62,349 bases of DNA from Clostridiales bacterium (GTDB taxonomy: Bacteria > Bacillota > Clostridia > Peptostreptococcales > Anaerovoracaceae). The stretch spans positions 1 through 62,349 of the forward strand of contig JALFKB010000102.1 of assembly GCA_022775805.1 (NCBI GenBank). Reading direction: 5' to 3'. The notes beneath the pieces were generated by a model that saw nothing but the letters and a program-made list of their open reading frames with translations, was not told the origin of the DNA and searched no databases. A program made the translations under genes and the position numbers. The first letter of the stretch is position 1, and each line of letters opens with the position of its first letter. This document shows positions 1 through 10,263 of the stretch, one piece after another.

Positions 1-255
1 AGGGCAAGAAGCGGACTTGCAGTTAAGCATGGAATAGGCCTGATAAACGGAATCGGAACCATAGATTCCGATTACAGAGGTGAAATCGGGGTGGCTCTCA
101 TAAACCTTGGCAGGGAGGATTTCACCATACACAGCGGTGACAGAATAGCCCAGATGGTTGTATCAAAACTGGAGAAAGTCGAAATCGAAAGGGCCGATTC
201 ACTGGATTCCACAGAAAGGGGAAGCGGAGGCTTCGGACATACAGGTGTTAAATAA
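1..255 (+). CDS. dut: dUTPase, 3' part (truncated by window edge)
   Basis: Frame 1 reads RSGLAVKHG...[10 protein letters not shown]...GDRIAQ...[10 protein letters not shown] (dUTPase motifs 2-5). Stop overlaps the next ATG (TAATG). Confidence 0.95.
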   Translation, partial: RARSGLAVKHGIGLINGIGTIDSDYRGEIGVALINLGREDFTIHSGDRIAQMVVSKLEKVEIERADSLDSTERGSGGFGHTGVK

Positions 256-1265
256 TGATTAACAGAATTGATACGGAAAACAGAGAAAGAATGTATCTCT
301 CCCGGTATGCCGCAAAGGCAGCGGAATCAAAGGGAAGACTGAAGGATGAGAAAAAATGCGATGTTCGCACCGACTTTCAGAGGGACAGGGACAGAATAAT
401 CCACTCAAAGGCCTTCAGACGCCTTATGCACAAAACCCAGGTGTTTCTCTCTCCGGAGGGTGATCATTTCAGAACAAGGCTCACCCATACGATTGAAGTA
501 TCCCAGATAGCAAGAACCATTGCCAGGGGACTGGCGCTTAATGAGGATCTCACTGAGGCCATTGCCATGGGACACGATCTGGGTCATACTCCCTTCGGCC
601 ACAGCGGAGAGGCAATTCTTAACAGAATATACAGCAAAGGCTTCAGGCACAATGTTCAGAGCCTGAGGGTTGTGGACTGTCTTGAGATAAGCGGAAGCAA
701 GAGGGGAATGAACCTTACAATGGAGGTAAGGGACGGAATTCTGAATCATACAGGTCCGGACATGCCCTTCACCCTTGAGGGGCAGATAGTAAAAACCAGC
801 GACAGAATAGCATATATCAACCATGATATCGATGATGCCATAAGAAGCGGTGTCATAACGGCGGAGGATCTTCCTGCAGAAAGCATTGAAATTCTGGGAT
901 CAACCCACAAGCAGAGAATAGATACCCTCGTCAAGGACATGATTTCCTTCAGTGACGGGAAACCGTTTGCCGCCTTAAGCGACGAGAAGCTGGAGGCAAT
1001 GAACAACCTCAGATCCTTCATGTTTGCCAACGTGTACCATAACCGGGAGGTTAAGCAGGCTGAAGATATCATCATGGTGGAAAAGATAATCTGCAGTCTA
1101 TTTGATTATTACATGACAAACCCAAGGGAACTTCCGGCTGAGCTTCTTGGCATGGAGGAGGAGTGCGACCTTGAGGAGCTTGTTAAGGACCATATTGCGG
1201 GAATGACTGACAGATATGCCTACAACAAGTACAGGGAGCTGTTCATGAAGACCGACTGGAAATAA
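255..1265 (+). CDS. dgt: Deoxyguanosinetriphosphate triphosphohydrolase (HD family)
   Basis: Motifs FQRDRDRIIHSKAFRRL.KTQVF, RTRLTH, GHDLGHTPFGH, HDIDDA, IAGMTD. Confidence 0.93.
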   Translation: MINRIDTENRERMYLSRYAAKAAESKGRLKDEKKCDVRTDFQRDRDRIIHSKAFRRLMHKTQVFLSPEGDHFRTRLTHTIEVSQIARTIARGLALNEDLTEAIAMGHDLGHTPFGHSGEAILNRIYSKGFRHNVQSLRVVDCLEISGSKRGMNLTMEVRDGILNHTGPDMPFTLEGQIVKTSDRIAYINHDIDDAIRSGVITAEDLPAESIEILGSTHKQRIDTLVKDMISFSDGKPFAALSDEKLEAMNNLRSFMFANVYHNREVKQAEDIIMVEKIICSLFDYYMTNPRELPAELLGMEEECDLEELVKDHIAGMTDRYAYNKYRELFMKTDWK

Positions 1266-1311
1266 TGCATAACAATCATACAGAAAATTACAATTCAATA
1301 AAGGAAATCAT

Positions 1312-1348
1312 AAACCCTTGTCGTACATAATAGTGATAAGGGTTTTTT
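1312..1348 (+). terminator. Terminator-like hairpin between dgt and dnaG
   Basis: AAACCCTTGTCG-N10-TGATAAGGGTTT followed by further Ts. Confidence 0.55.
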
Positions 1349-1362
1349 AATAAGGGGTTCAT

Positions 1363-3102
1363 GTGGCAGATAATAGAATTTCCTACAACTACAATACTGT
1401 TGATGAAATAAAAAGCAGGTGTAACATCGTCGATATCATCGGCGAGGTGGTAACACTTAAGAAGGCGGGCAGCATTTACAAAGGTGTCTGTCCCTTTCAT
1501 AAGGAGAAAACACCTTCTTTTGTTGTTTATGAACAGACTCAGACATACAAATGCTTCGGATGCGGAGAAGGGGGAGATGTTTTCAGCTTCGTGATGAAAC
1601 ACTATAATCTGGATTTTTCCGAAGCGCTGGAAATGCTTGCTAAAAAATGCGGCGTAGAGATAACAAAGAACACCGGCAGAAAACGTATAAACAAGGAGCT
1701 GTACGAGATAAACAGACTGGCAGCAAGATATTATTACAGAGCCTTGAGAGAAAAGCCGAATCCCGGTTTGGCCTATATGAGAAATCGCGGACTGTCGGAT
1801 GATACATTGAACAGCTTCGGCATCGGATATGCAGATGACAGCTGGACAGGCCTTACCGATTATCTTACGGGAGAGGGCTTTAATCCCGACGACCTTGTGG
1901 AGGTGGGGCTGGCGTCAAAAAAGAACGGCAGGTATTTTGACTACTTCAGGGACAGGGTCATGTTTCCCATACAGGACACCTCAGGTAAAGTAATAGGATT
2001 CGGAGGGAGAATTATCTCCGACGGAACACCGAAGTACCTTAACTCCAAGGAATCCTCGGTATTTCAGAAGAAGTTCAATCTATACGGGCTTAATCTTACA
2101 AGGGAGTATGCCGCCAGGGAGGACAGAATATTTCTTGTTGAGGGATATATGGATGTTATTTCCCTGTACCAGGCCGGGGTGCGCAATGTATCCGCATCAC
2201 TGGGCACGGCACTGACGGAGGGTCAGGCAAGGCTTATCAAGAGGTACACTTCAAATGTTGTCCTATCCTATGATGCTGATGCGGCAGGGCAAAATGCAGC
2301 ATTGAGAGGTCTGGATATCCTCTACGGGGAGGACTGCAGAGCCAGAGTTCTGGTGGTTTCCGACGGCAAGGATCCCGATGAATTTATCAAGACTCATGGC
2401 AGAGGAGAATACCTGAATCTTGCGGACAAGGCTCTTCCATACGGTGATTTCAAGCTGAAAAAGATAAAAGAAAAATACAACCTCCGGGACAGGCAGGAAA
2501 AGCTGCTGTACCTTGAGGAAGCCTTGAAAATGCTGAAGGAAATGAAGCCGGTGGAAGCTGATATGTACATGGGTCTCCTGTCAGAGGAAACAGGGATATC
2601 GGAGGCGGCAATACGGACTCAGTTTACCGGCGCAAAGGCAGATAGCCCTGTCCGGGGAGACTACCGGAGGTGGGAGGAACAGCAGTCCGGAATATCTGCA
2701 GGAGAGGAAGATCTTCTTAAGCTTATGCTGATAGATCACGAATATACCAATATTCCTGAGGATATCATGGACGAAGTGTTTAATGACCCGGTTTCCTCGG
2801 CACTGTATGAAGCAATAACGGAGAACGACAGAGGTGAGAGACCTCTAAACATCGGGAAAATCCGTGACAGCCTTGATGTTAACGGTTCTGAGCTTCTGAA
2901 GAAAGTCTCAGATAAAGCAATAAGCATTGACAGGGAAAGAAAAATATTTGATGACTGCATTTCCCATTTCAGAAGAAGAAAACTCAAACGGGAGGAGGCG
3001 GAAATAAGACAGCGGCTTAATTCCGACGGAGAAATAGACAATGATGAAGCCAACAGCCTCATGATGAGACTGATGGAGATACAGAAACAGTTAAAAGGAT
3101 AA
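1363..3102 (+). CDS. dnaG: DNA primase
   Basis: CPFH...CFGC zinc finger, KYLNS, TOPRIM EGYMDV and YDADAAG. GTG start. Confidence 0.97.
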   Translation: MADNRISYNYNTVDEIKSRCNIVDIIGEVVTLKKAGSIYKGVCPFHKEKTPSFVVYEQTQTYKCFGCGEGGDVFSFVMKHYNLDFSEALEMLAKKCGVEITKNTGRKRINKELYEINRLAARYYYRALREKPNPGLAYMRNRGLSDDTLNSFGIGYADDSWTGLTDYLTGEGFNPDDLVEVGLASKKNGRYFDYFRDRVMFPIQDTSGKVIGFGGRIISDGTPKYLNSKESSVFQKKFNLYGLNLTREYAAREDRIFLVEGYMDVISLYQAGVRNVSASLGTALTEGQARLIKRYTSNVVLSYDADAAGQNAALRGLDILYGEDCRARVLVVSDGKDPDEFIKTHGRGEYLNLADKALPYGDFKLKKIKEKYNLRDRQEKLLYLEEALKMLKEMKPVEADMYMGLLSEETGISEAAIRTQFTGAKADSPVRGDYRRWEEQQSGISAGEEDLLKLMLIDHEYTNIPEDIMDEVFNDPVSSALYEAITENDRGERPLNIGKIRDSLDVNGSELLKKVSDKAISIDRERKIFDDCISHFRRRKLKREEAEIRQRLNSDGEIDNDEANSLMMRLMEIQKQLKG

Positions 3103-3112
3103 AGGAGAAAAA

Positions 3113-4372
3113 ATGGCAAAAGCTAATGATGTTGAAAAAAAATCACAGCAGGACATTGAACTTGAGAGATTCAGAAAGAGGTTATCCTACATAAAGGACA
3201 ATTATTCAGGGGAGGATGACGGCAGCTTTGGAGCATCCGATGAGAAAATCGAAGAAATAATCAACGAGTTGGCAACAAGAGTTGAGGACAGCAGCAAAAC
3301 ACTTACTTTTTATGATGTTGCAGAATTTCTCGGAGATGTGGAACTGGATAAAAACCAGATTGAGGATATCTACAGCGCCCTGGCCGAAAAGGGAATCCGG
3401 GTCATTAACGATAATGAGCCAAACGATAACGATCTTAAGGAAATCGATGAAGAAAACCTGGAAGATCCTGAAATGGAGGAAGAACTGTCGAAGCATCCCG
3501 ATGCCAAGGAAATCGACCTTGAGTCCGCAATATCAAAGACCGTGGCAGTTGACGACCCGGTAAGAATGTATCTCAAGGAAATCGGTAAAGTGCCTCTCCT
3601 CACTGCAGATGAGGAGGTTGAGCTCGCCAAGAGGATGGAGGCGGGAGACGAGTATGCCAAGCAGAAGCTATGTGAGGCAAACCTTAGACTCGTGGTATCA
3701 ATTGCCAAGAAATATGTGGGCAGAGGAATGCTTTTCCTTGATCTGATTCAGGAGGGGAACCTGGGTCTCATCAAAGCAGTTGATAAGTTTGACTATACCA
3801 AGGGCTACAAGTTCAGTACATATGCAACCTGGTGGATAAGACAGGCGATTACAAGATCCATTGCAGATCAGGCCAGAACTATAAGAATTCCTGTTCACAT
3901 GGTTGAAACAATAAACAAGCTGATTAGAGTTTCCAGACAGCTTCTCCAGGAAAACGGCAGAGAGCCTACCCCGGATGAAATAGCTGAGGAAATGGGAATT
4001 ACCGTTGAAAAGGTCAGAGAGATACTGAAGATAGCTCAGGAGCCCGTTTCTCTTGAGACGCCGATAGGTGAAGAGGAGGACAGCCATCTTGGAGATTTCA
4101 TTCCTGATGATGACGCTCCGGCGCCTGCAGAGGCTGCAGCCTTCAGCATGCTGAAGGAACAGCTGGTGGAGGTGCTCAGCACCCTGACGGACAGAGAACA
4201 GAAGGTTCTCAAGCTCAGATTCGGACTTGAAGACGGCAGAGCCAGAACTCTTGAAGAGGTGGGCAAGGAATTCGAGGTTACCCGTGAGAGAATAAGACAG
4301 ATTGAAGCCAAGGCTCTCAGGAAACTCAGACATCCTACCAGAAGCAAGAAATTAAAGGATTATCTGGAATAA
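3113..4372 (+). CDS. rpoD: Primary sigma factor
   Basis: [49 protein letters not shown]. Follows dnaG. Confidence 0.98.
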   Translation: MAKANDVEKKSQQDIELERFRKRLSYIKDNYSGEDDGSFGASDEKIEEIINELATRVEDSSKTLTFYDVAEFLGDVELDKNQIEDIYSALAEKGIRVINDNEPNDNDLKEIDEENLEDPEMEEELSKHPDAKEIDLESAISKTVAVDDPVRMYLKEIGKVPLLTADEEVELAKRMEAGDEYAKQKLCEANLRLVVSIAKKYVGRGMLFLDLIQEGNLGLIKAVDKFDYTKGYKFSTYATWWIRQAITRSIADQARTIRIPVHMVETINKLIRVSRQLLQENGREPTPDEIAEEMGITVEKVREILKIAQEPVSLETPIGEEEDSHLGDFIPDDDAPAPAEAAAFSMLKEQLVEVLSTLTDREQKVLKLRFGLEDGRARTLEEVGKEFEVTRERIRQIEAKALRKLRHPTRSKKLKDYLE

Positions 4373-4373
4373 C

Positions 4374-5090
4374 ATGAACAGACTGACAGATAGACTGCAG
4401 CTTTTGGCAGATCAGATTGAAAATGGAGAAACCATGGCCGATATCGGTACCGACCATGGTTTTTTACCTCTATATCTTTGGCAGCAGGGGATTTCTCCCG
4501 CTGTAATAATGTGTGACATCAGCGAGCCTTCTCTTGCAAAGGCAAAGGCCGCAGCCGGCGCCCTTCAATTCGGCAGGGAGCTTGACTTCAGAGCCGGAGA
4601 CGGTCTTAATGTGCTGGCTCCGGGAGAGGTTGATGTGATTGTCATCGCCGGAATGGGGGGACTGCTCATACGGGACATTCTTTCAGATGATCTCGAAAAG
4701 ACAAGAAGCTTCTCCAAGTTCATACTGCAGCCGAGAAACAATTCAGGACAACTAAGATACTGGCTTGCTGCAAATGGATTTGAAATCAGGTCAAATCACC
4801 TGGTACGGGAGGGAAAATTCATATGTGAGGTAATCATTGCCTTAACTCCCAAAAGCCATGAGAACGGAAATGAAAGCCCGGAAGAGGCATATCCTGACCA
4901 GAAGGACCCATACTGGGAATTCCCGCCGGACATGGCACTGACAAATCCGGAGCTTGCATCCGAGTTTGCCCTGACAAAAATTGAAATTGAAGAAAAGATA
5001 AAAGCCGGAATCATGAGAAGCTGCAACATCAACAATCTTGACATCCACGCTGTGGATAGGCGAATTGAATATTTTGGGAGATTCATATGA
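4374..5090 (+). CDS. trmK: tRNA (adenine(22)-N1)-methyltransferase
   Basis: ADIGTDHGFLP, GDGL, IAGMGG.LI..IL, ILQP. Conserved position after rpoD. Confidence 0.9.
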   Translation: MNRLTDRLQLLADQIENGETMADIGTDHGFLPLYLWQQGISPAVIMCDISEPSLAKAKAAAGALQFGRELDFRAGDGLNVLAPGEVDVIVIAGMGGLLIRDILSDDLEKTRSFSKFILQPRNNSGQLRYWLAANGFEIRSNHLVREGKFICEVIIALTPKSHENGNESPEEAYPDQKDPYWEFPPDMALTNPELASEFALTKIEIEEKIKAGIMRSCNINNLDIHAVDRRIEYFGRFI

Positions 5091-5866
5091 AATACAGAGA
5101 ATTGATAAATCTGCTGGAGGTAATCGCCCCGGTTGAACCATACCGGGACATTGACAATTCAGGAGAGCAGATATATACAGGCAAAGAGGATATTAACAGA
5201 GTGCTTGTCTGCCTTGAAATAAACAGGGATATTATTAAGGAAGCCCTTGAGAAGGGCGCAGACATGATTATCACCCATCATCCTCTGATCTTTACACCGG
5301 AGCACAGAATAAGCAGCGACGAATTTCCGGGACGTTACGCAGTAGATGCAATAAAGAATGACATTAGCGTATACTCATCCCACCTCTCCTTTGACTTTGC
5401 ACCTGAGGGAAACAACGATTATATAGCGAAACTGCTGAATCTGTTTGTTAATGAGAAGGGCTCAATGGAGAGGGGATACTACGGAATGCTGCCTGAACCC
5501 ATGGATTTAAAGGGCGCATGCAGACATGTGGAGGAGTGCCTGTCACTTCCGAAAAACTACATCCGGGCAGTAGACGGGGGAAAAGACAGTCTTGTAACTG
5601 TAGGATACTGTACAGGTGCAGGGGGAAGCTACATAATTGACGCCGCCGACAGAGGCTGCGATCTTTTCATAACAGGGGATGTGAAACTTCACGAGGCTCA
5701 GTATGCAAAGGCAAGAGGCATGTCTGTAATAGACGCAGGTCATTACGGAACTGAGAAGATATTCACTGAGAACATGGCTCATCAGATTTATTCACGAGCC
5801 GCTCAGAAGGGGTTGACAGTTGATGTTATAATGGCAGAGGCTAATACAAATCCATATATTCTCTAA
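5087..5866 (+). CDS. Nif3-like dinuclear metal centre protein
   Basis: DNSG, ITHHPLIF, TGAG, ITGDVK.H, DAGHYGTE. Usual neighbour of trmK. Confidence 0.92.
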   Translation: MKYRELINLLEVIAPVEPYRDIDNSGEQIYTGKEDINRVLVCLEINRDIIKEALEKGADMIITHHPLIFTPEHRISSDEFPGRYAVDAIKNDISVYSSHLSFDFAPEGNNDYIAKLLNLFVNEKGSMERGYYGMLPEPMDLKGACRHVEECLSLPKNYIRAVDGGKDSLVTVGYCTGAGGSYIIDAADRGCDLFITGDVKLHEAQYAKARGMSVIDAGHYGTEKIFTENMAHQIYSRAAQKGLTVDVIMAEANTNPYIL

Positions 5867-5881
5867 TTTATAAGTAAAATC

Positions 5882-6231
5882 GTTTGGGTAAGACAGGCAA
5901 TCGCGCAGAGTTAAGGGCTCTGTGAGGAAAGTCCGGGCTCCGCAGGGCAAGGATGCCGGATAACGTCCGGCGCAGGTAACTGTAGGGAAAGTGCAACAGA
6001 AACATACCGCCATTATGGTAAGGGTGAAATCGTGAGGTAAGAGCTCACGGAGATTCATGGTAACATGAGTCTCGTGTAAACCCCATCCGGAGCAAGACCA
6101 AGCAGGCTTTAGGGCTTCGGCCTGATGGCTGCCCGTCATCGCCGGAAGGTAGGTCGCTTGAGCCTGGTGGTAACATCAGGTCGAGATAGATGATTGCCGA
6201 ATACAGAACCCGGCTTATGTCTTGCCCAAAC
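5882..6231 (+). ncRNA. rnpB: RNase P RNA (type A-like)
   Basis: Conserved GAGGAAAGTCC, AGTGCAACAGAAA, GGTGAAA, GTAAACCCC..GAGCAAG and ACAGAA.CCGGCTTAT. P1 helix: GTTTGGGTAAGACA pairs with TGTCTTGCCCAAAC. Confidence 0.97.
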
Positions 6232-6289
6232 TTTTTAAATCAGGTATGTATTTGTGAATTTGTATGAAACAAAAAGGAGTAAACGGATT

Positions 6290-7411
6290 ATGGAATTTTC
6301 AAAGAACTCGGCAAGGAATCTGCTGGGAGTAATTATTATATCTCTTCTCGCAGTATGGATCCTGTTCAGAACGGACAGCTTTTTCGAAACTGTCAGAACT
6401 GTGATTTCTGTAATAACACCTTTTCTGATTGGCGGATGTATTGCATTCGTTATGAATGAAGTGCTGAAAAAAACAGAAAAGGGCTGGAACAGGCTCACGA
6501 AGAACTCAAGTAAAGGCAGGAGACCGGTATGCCTGTTTATCAGCTTTATTGCAGTATTGGCAGCCTTATCGGTGATTATTCTGATTATCATTCCCGAACT
6601 GAAAAAAACAGGGGTGCTTCTTGTTGAATCCATGCCTGCCTATGTGGATCAGCTGAAAATATGGAGTGACAATTTCCTTGATTTTCTGAGCCATAAGGGG
6701 ATACGTATCTCTGAAAATGCAATTGATTTCAACAATCTGAAGGAAAAAGTAACTAAAATTGTGATGTCAGGAGGCGGAGATTTTATTAATGCCACGGTAT
6801 CAGCTACATCGTCGGTAATCGGCGTTATTGTAAATGTATTTCTTGCCTTGGCGTTTTCGGTGTTTATTCTGTCAGGAAAAGAAAGGCTGGCTGATCAGAT
6901 TAAAAGGCTTATGAAGGTTACTCTGCCTGAAGAAAAAAACAGCAGGGTTATGCATGTTCTTACTGTTGCTAACAAATCATTTTCAAGCTACGTAACCGGT
7001 CAGCTTCTTGAGGCAGTAATTATCGGAGTGCTTTGCTTTATTGGAATGAGCATATTCAGAATTCCATATGCATCTGCAGTTTCGGTACTTGTGGGATTTA
7101 CTGCCCTTATTCCCATGTTCGGTGCTTTTATCGGTACGGCAATAGGTGCGATTCTGATTCTTTTCGTTGCACCTGTAAAGGCCTTCTGGTTTATTGTATT
7201 TATAATAGTGCTTCAGCAGATTGAGGGGAATCTCATCTATCCTAAGGTTGTAGGCAAGTCAGTCGGACTTCCGGGAATATGGGTTCTGGCTGCAGTAACA
7301 ATCGGCGGCAGCACATTTGGTATTATTGGAATTCTGATAGGAGTACCGCTGTTTTCGACTATATATGAGCTTACCCGGGAATTTGTGCTTGTTAAAGAAG
7401 AAAGGCTTTAG
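6290..7411 (+). CDS. AI-2E family transporter
   Basis: Multi-TM protein with LIPMFGAFIG and QQIEGNLIYPKVVGKSVGLP. ATG 6290 follows AAGGAG. Confidence 0.9.
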   Translation: MEFSKNSARNLLGVIIISLLAVWILFRTDSFFETVRTVISVITPFLIGGCIAFVMNEVLKKTEKGWNRLTKNSSKGRRPVCLFISFIAVLAALSVIILIIIPELKKTGVLLVESMPAYVDQLKIWSDNFLDFLSHKGIRISENAIDFNNLKEKVTKIVMSGGGDFINATVSATSSVIGVIVNVFLALAFSVFILSGKERLADQIKRLMKVTLPEEKNSRVMHVLTVANKSFSSYVTGQLLEAVIIGVLCFIGMSIFRIPYASAVSVLVGFTALIPMFGAFIGTAIGAILILFVAPVKAFWFIVFIIVLQQIEGNLIYPKVVGKSVGLPGIWVLAAVTIGGSTFGIIGILIGVPLFSTIYELTREFVLVKEERL

Positions 7412-7447
7412 TCATTTCCCTGGGTTTTGAGGTAAATATACATAATT

Positions 7448-7477
7448 AAAATAGAGCCGTATACACGGCTCTATTTC
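7448..7477. terminator. Bidirectional terminator hairpin between the AI-2E gene and tRNA-Gly
   Basis: AAATAGAGCCGT-ATAC-ACGGCTCTATTT perfect stem between convergent genes. Confidence 0.75.
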
Positions 7478-7480
7478 AGT

Positions 7481-7554
7481 TGGAGCGGATGATGAGAATC
7501 GAACTCACAACCTAAGCTTGGGAAGCTCATGTTTTACCACTAAACTACACCCGC
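7481..7554 (-). tRNA. tRNA-Gly(CCC)
   Basis: Reverse complement GCGGGTGTAGTTTAGTGGTAAAACATGAGCTTCCCAAGCTTAGGTTGTGAGTTCGATTCTCATCATCCGCTCCA folds as a cloverleaf with anticodon CCC and encoded CCA. Confidence 0.96.
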
Positions 7555-7575
7555 ACACAGCATTTCGCTTGTATA

Positions 7576-7603
7576 AGTTTAACACATAATCAAATATCGT
7601 CAA
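7576..7603 (-). promoter_or_regulatory. Sigma-A promoter for tRNA-Gly
   Basis: TTGACG-16 nt-TAAACT with extended TGn on the - strand. Confidence 0.55.
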
Positions 7604-7649
7604 GTAAGGGATGCATTAAGGAAAAAATGAAAAAAATAAAAAATACCTC

Positions 7650-7677
7650 TTGAAATATGCCGGAAATATAGTATAAT
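7650..7677 (+). promoter_or_regulatory. Sigma-A promoter for tRNA-Leu
   Basis: TTGAAA-16 nt-TATAAT preceded by an A-rich UP-like tract. Confidence 0.65.
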
Positions 7678-7711
7678 GAAAAAGTCGCTGGGAAAAAGCG
7701 ATGCCATATAT

Positions 7712-7798
7712 GCGGATATGGCGGAACTGGCAGACGCGCACGGTTCAGGTCCGTGTCGGAGCAATTCGGTGGAGGTTCGAATCCTCTTATCCGCACCA
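7712..7798 (+). tRNA. tRNA-Leu(CAG)
   Basis: GCGGATATGGCGGAACTGGCAGACGCG, anticodon arm CACGG-TTCAGGT-CCGTG, long variable arm, GGTTCGAATCC, 3' ACCA. Confidence 0.96.
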
Positions 7799-7802
7799 GA
7801 TT

Positions 7803-7834
7803 AAGCAGGACATCTCAGGTGTTCTGTTTTTTTT
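7803..7834 (+). terminator. Terminator after tRNA-Leu
   Basis: AGCAGGACATC-TCA-GGTGTTCTGTT plus T run. Confidence 0.7.
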
Positions 7835-7868
7835 ATCAATTGTTTGTAATGTTTGAGAGGGAAGACAT

Positions 7869-8279
7869 ATGAGAAATTTCATTAAAGAATTCAAAGAATT
7901 TGCAATGCAGGGAAATGTAATGGATATGGCTATTGGTATCGTTGTAGGTGCTGCCTTTACGGCCATTGTTACATCACTTGTGAATGACATTATTTCACCG
8001 GTAATCGGTCTCTTCGTTCGTGTTGATTTTACCGATCTTGCGGCTACTGTAGGAGGAGTGGATATCAAGTACGGAGCCTTCATTATGGCAGTTATCAACT
8101 TCCTCATTGTTGCCTTTGTTCTTTTCCTTATTGTTAAAGCCATGAACAAGGCAAGAACACTTGGGGCCAAACCGGAAGGGGAGGAGGCACCGACAACAAA
8201 GACATGTCCTTTCTGCAAGTCGGAGATTTCAATTGAAGCAACAAGATGTCCACACTGCACATCTCAGCTTGAGAAATAA
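7869..8279 (+). CDS. mscL: Large-conductance mechanosensitive channel with C-terminal zinc ribbon
   Basis: EFKEFAMQGNVMDMAIGIVVGAAF, YGAFI..VINFLI. Tail CPFC...CPHC. Confidence 0.95.
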   Translation: MRNFIKEFKEFAMQGNVMDMAIGIVVGAAFTAIVTSLVNDIISPVIGLFVRVDFTDLAATVGGVDIKYGAFIMAVINFLIVAFVLFLIVKAMNKARTLGAKPEGEEAPTTKTCPFCKSEISIEATRCPHCTSQLEK

Positions 8280-8311
8280 CCGGAACACTGATTTATACAG
8301 ATACTGCTTGG

Positions 8312-8347
8312 AACTGCTGCGCTGATATGCCGGTGCAGCAGTTTTTT
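8312..8347 (+). terminator. Terminator after mscL
   Basis: AACTGCTGCGCTG-N6-CGGTGCAGCAGTT plus Ts. Confidence 0.75.
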
Positions 8348-8444
8348 ATTGCGTGCAGACCGGCATTTTTGTTTCAAATAAACTGTACTAAATTAGCCCA
8401 TTTTGTGATATAATGATTTCGAATTTGGAGTATTAAGGTAAAGT

Positions 8445-9830
8445 ATGATTGCAAGTTATTTCGTGAAAGATAAAAGAAAACTGTTGTCTGCCGTTGTGTG
8501 CCTTGTCTTAGCAGCTGTTTTTATCATCGCTGCATCGGGATGCAGCAGCAAGTCCCGGTACATGGATGAGGCAGGATTTATCGCCTTTGCAGAGGATGAA
8601 TTTAAGACACATGAACTTGTGAAACCGGCAGGGGAGCAGACTGTATCATATTATTACGGTGAGGAATTTTCATATGCTGTTCGCTCCGAGGAGTGCCCCG
8701 GAGATGCGGTGAAGGCTTTTATTGATGAAAGAGTCGCGCAGATTGCAGAAGACTCCGTGAACAGTTCCGGATCAGCCCTGCTGATTGATGTGGCAGTACG
8801 AAGGACGGAGAACGGAGCCCTGAGTATAATGATTTCCAGGTCCGAATATGACAAGGATTCGGAAGAAAACCCGATATTCGCAGGTCAGAAGGTTGAAACC
8901 TATCTTCTCAAGGATGACGGTACACTATTGCAGCCGCTTCAGGTACTGAATGTAAACTACAGGGCAAAGGCTTCCGAGTTTACCGAAAAATACATTGAGA
9001 ATACCTACAGCAGAGAAGAAAAAACTCCCGGCTGGAGACTGTTTGTGACACCGGATTCCCGAAACTACAAGAAGTTCCTAATGGACGGAAGCAGCATTGA
9101 TTTTTTCTTTGATGACAACACAGTCCTTCAGGAAGGCCGGGGAATAGTAAGTGTGAATCTTGGCTCACTGCCAATGGAAACTGCTATAAGGCCGAAGGTG
9201 CTTGACAGATATGTTGACAGATCCCTGCCTATGGTGGCTGTAACCTACGACGACGGTCCCGGAGGCAAAAGCGAAGCAGCTATACTTGATACGCTAAAGA
9301 AATACGGAAGTGTGGCAACCTTCTTTTATCAGGGATACAGACTTGATATGGAGTCGGAGAATGCCCGCAGGGCCGCAGAACAGGGATGTGAAATAGGCAA
9401 TCATTCCTGGAATCACCCTCTGTACTCGTCCTTAACATCTAAGGAAGTGGCGAAACAGATCAGCAGGACGAATTCTAAGATTACGGAAATATGCGGGGTT
9501 GAACCTGCAGTTTCCAGGCCGCCATACGGGGATTATAACACAAAGGTACTGAAGGCTGCCGGAATGGCTCAGATTCTGTGGACAGTTGATACGCTGGACT
9601 GGAAGACCAGAAATCCCCGGAAAATCTTTAAGGCAGTGAAGGCTGCCGGTAATCTGGACGGCAAAATAATCCTTATGCACTCCATTTACAAGGAAACCGC
9701 CAAAGCCACCGAATACATCATTCCATGGCTCAGGCAGCAGGGATATCAGACGGTTACAGTCAGTGAGCTTATTAAATACAAAACAGGAGATGCCCCTAAA
9801 CCAGGCACTGTTTACAGAAAACTGCCTTAG
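8445..9830 (+). CDS. Polysaccharide/peptidoglycan deacetylase (CE4), probable lipoprotein
   Basis: NodB motifs TYDDGP, NHSWNHP, RPPYG, DTLDW, LMH. Signal peptide ending AASGC. Extended -10 TGaTATAAT at 8406-8414. Confidence 0.88.
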   Translation: MIASYFVKDKRKLLSAVVCLVLAAVFIIAASGCSSKSRYMDEAGFIAFAEDEFKTHELVKPAGEQTVSYYYGEEFSYAVRSEECPGDAVKAFIDERVAQIAEDSVNSSGSALLIDVAVRRTENGALSIMISRSEYDKDSEENPIFAGQKVETYLLKDDGTLLQPLQVLNVNYRAKASEFTEKYIENTYSREEKTPGWRLFVTPDSRNYKKFLMDGSSIDFFFDDNTVLQEGRGIVSVNLGSLPMETAIRPKVLDRYVDRSLPMVAVTYDDGPGGKSEAAILDTLKKYGSVATFFYQGYRLDMESENARRAAEQGCEIGNHSWNHPLYSSLTSKEVAKQISRTNSKITEICGVEPAVSRPPYGDYNTKVLKAAGMAQILWTVDTLDWKTRNPRKIFKAVKAAGNLDGKIILMHSIYKETAKATEYIIPWLRQQGYQTVTVSELIKYKTGDAPKPGTVYRKLP

Positions 9831-9852
9831 GCAGTCACAGGGAGGATAAAAC

Positions 9853-10254
9853 ATGCTGATAACAAGAAGAAGCGACTATGCTCTAAGAATATGCAGAGCC
9901 TTAAAGGACGGTAAAACCCACAATGTTCGGGAAATTTGCGAAACAGAGGACATCCCTAAGGCATTTGCATACAAGATAATCAGGGAAATGGAACTGAACG
10001 GAATTGTCAAGTCCGAAAGGGGTAACAAGGGAGGATATTTTCTCAATAGAAGCCTTAAAGATTTAACGATGTATGACATAGTAAGTACAACAGAGGAGGA
10101 TCTGGCCATAGTTCATTGCATGAAAGAGGAATGCGGACGAAACACCAACGATGTGCCATGCAAAATGCACAACGAAATGGAGAGAATACAGCAGATTATT
10201 GAACAGGAGATGAAGGGCAAAACCATCTCCGAGATAATAGGTGACATAAACTGA
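9853..10254 (+). CDS. Rrf2 family transcriptional regulator
   Basis: SDYALR, RG..GGYFL, three C-terminal Cys. Confidence 0.9.
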   Translation: MLITRRSDYALRICRALKDGKTHNVREICETEDIPKAFAYKIIREMELNGIVKSERGNKGGYFLNRSLKDLTMYDIVSTTEEDLAIVHCMKEECGRNTNDVPCKMHNEMERIQQIIEQEMKGKTISEIIGDIN

Positions 10255-10263
10255 AAACAAAGG

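Noticed and set aside
5792-6139. 115-aa - strand ORF
   Set aside because: Antisense shadow of the RNase P RNA.
7481-7798. tRNA genes as island integration sites
   Set aside because: No duplicated tRNA 3' end or adjacent integrase was seen; both are followed by ordinary terminators.
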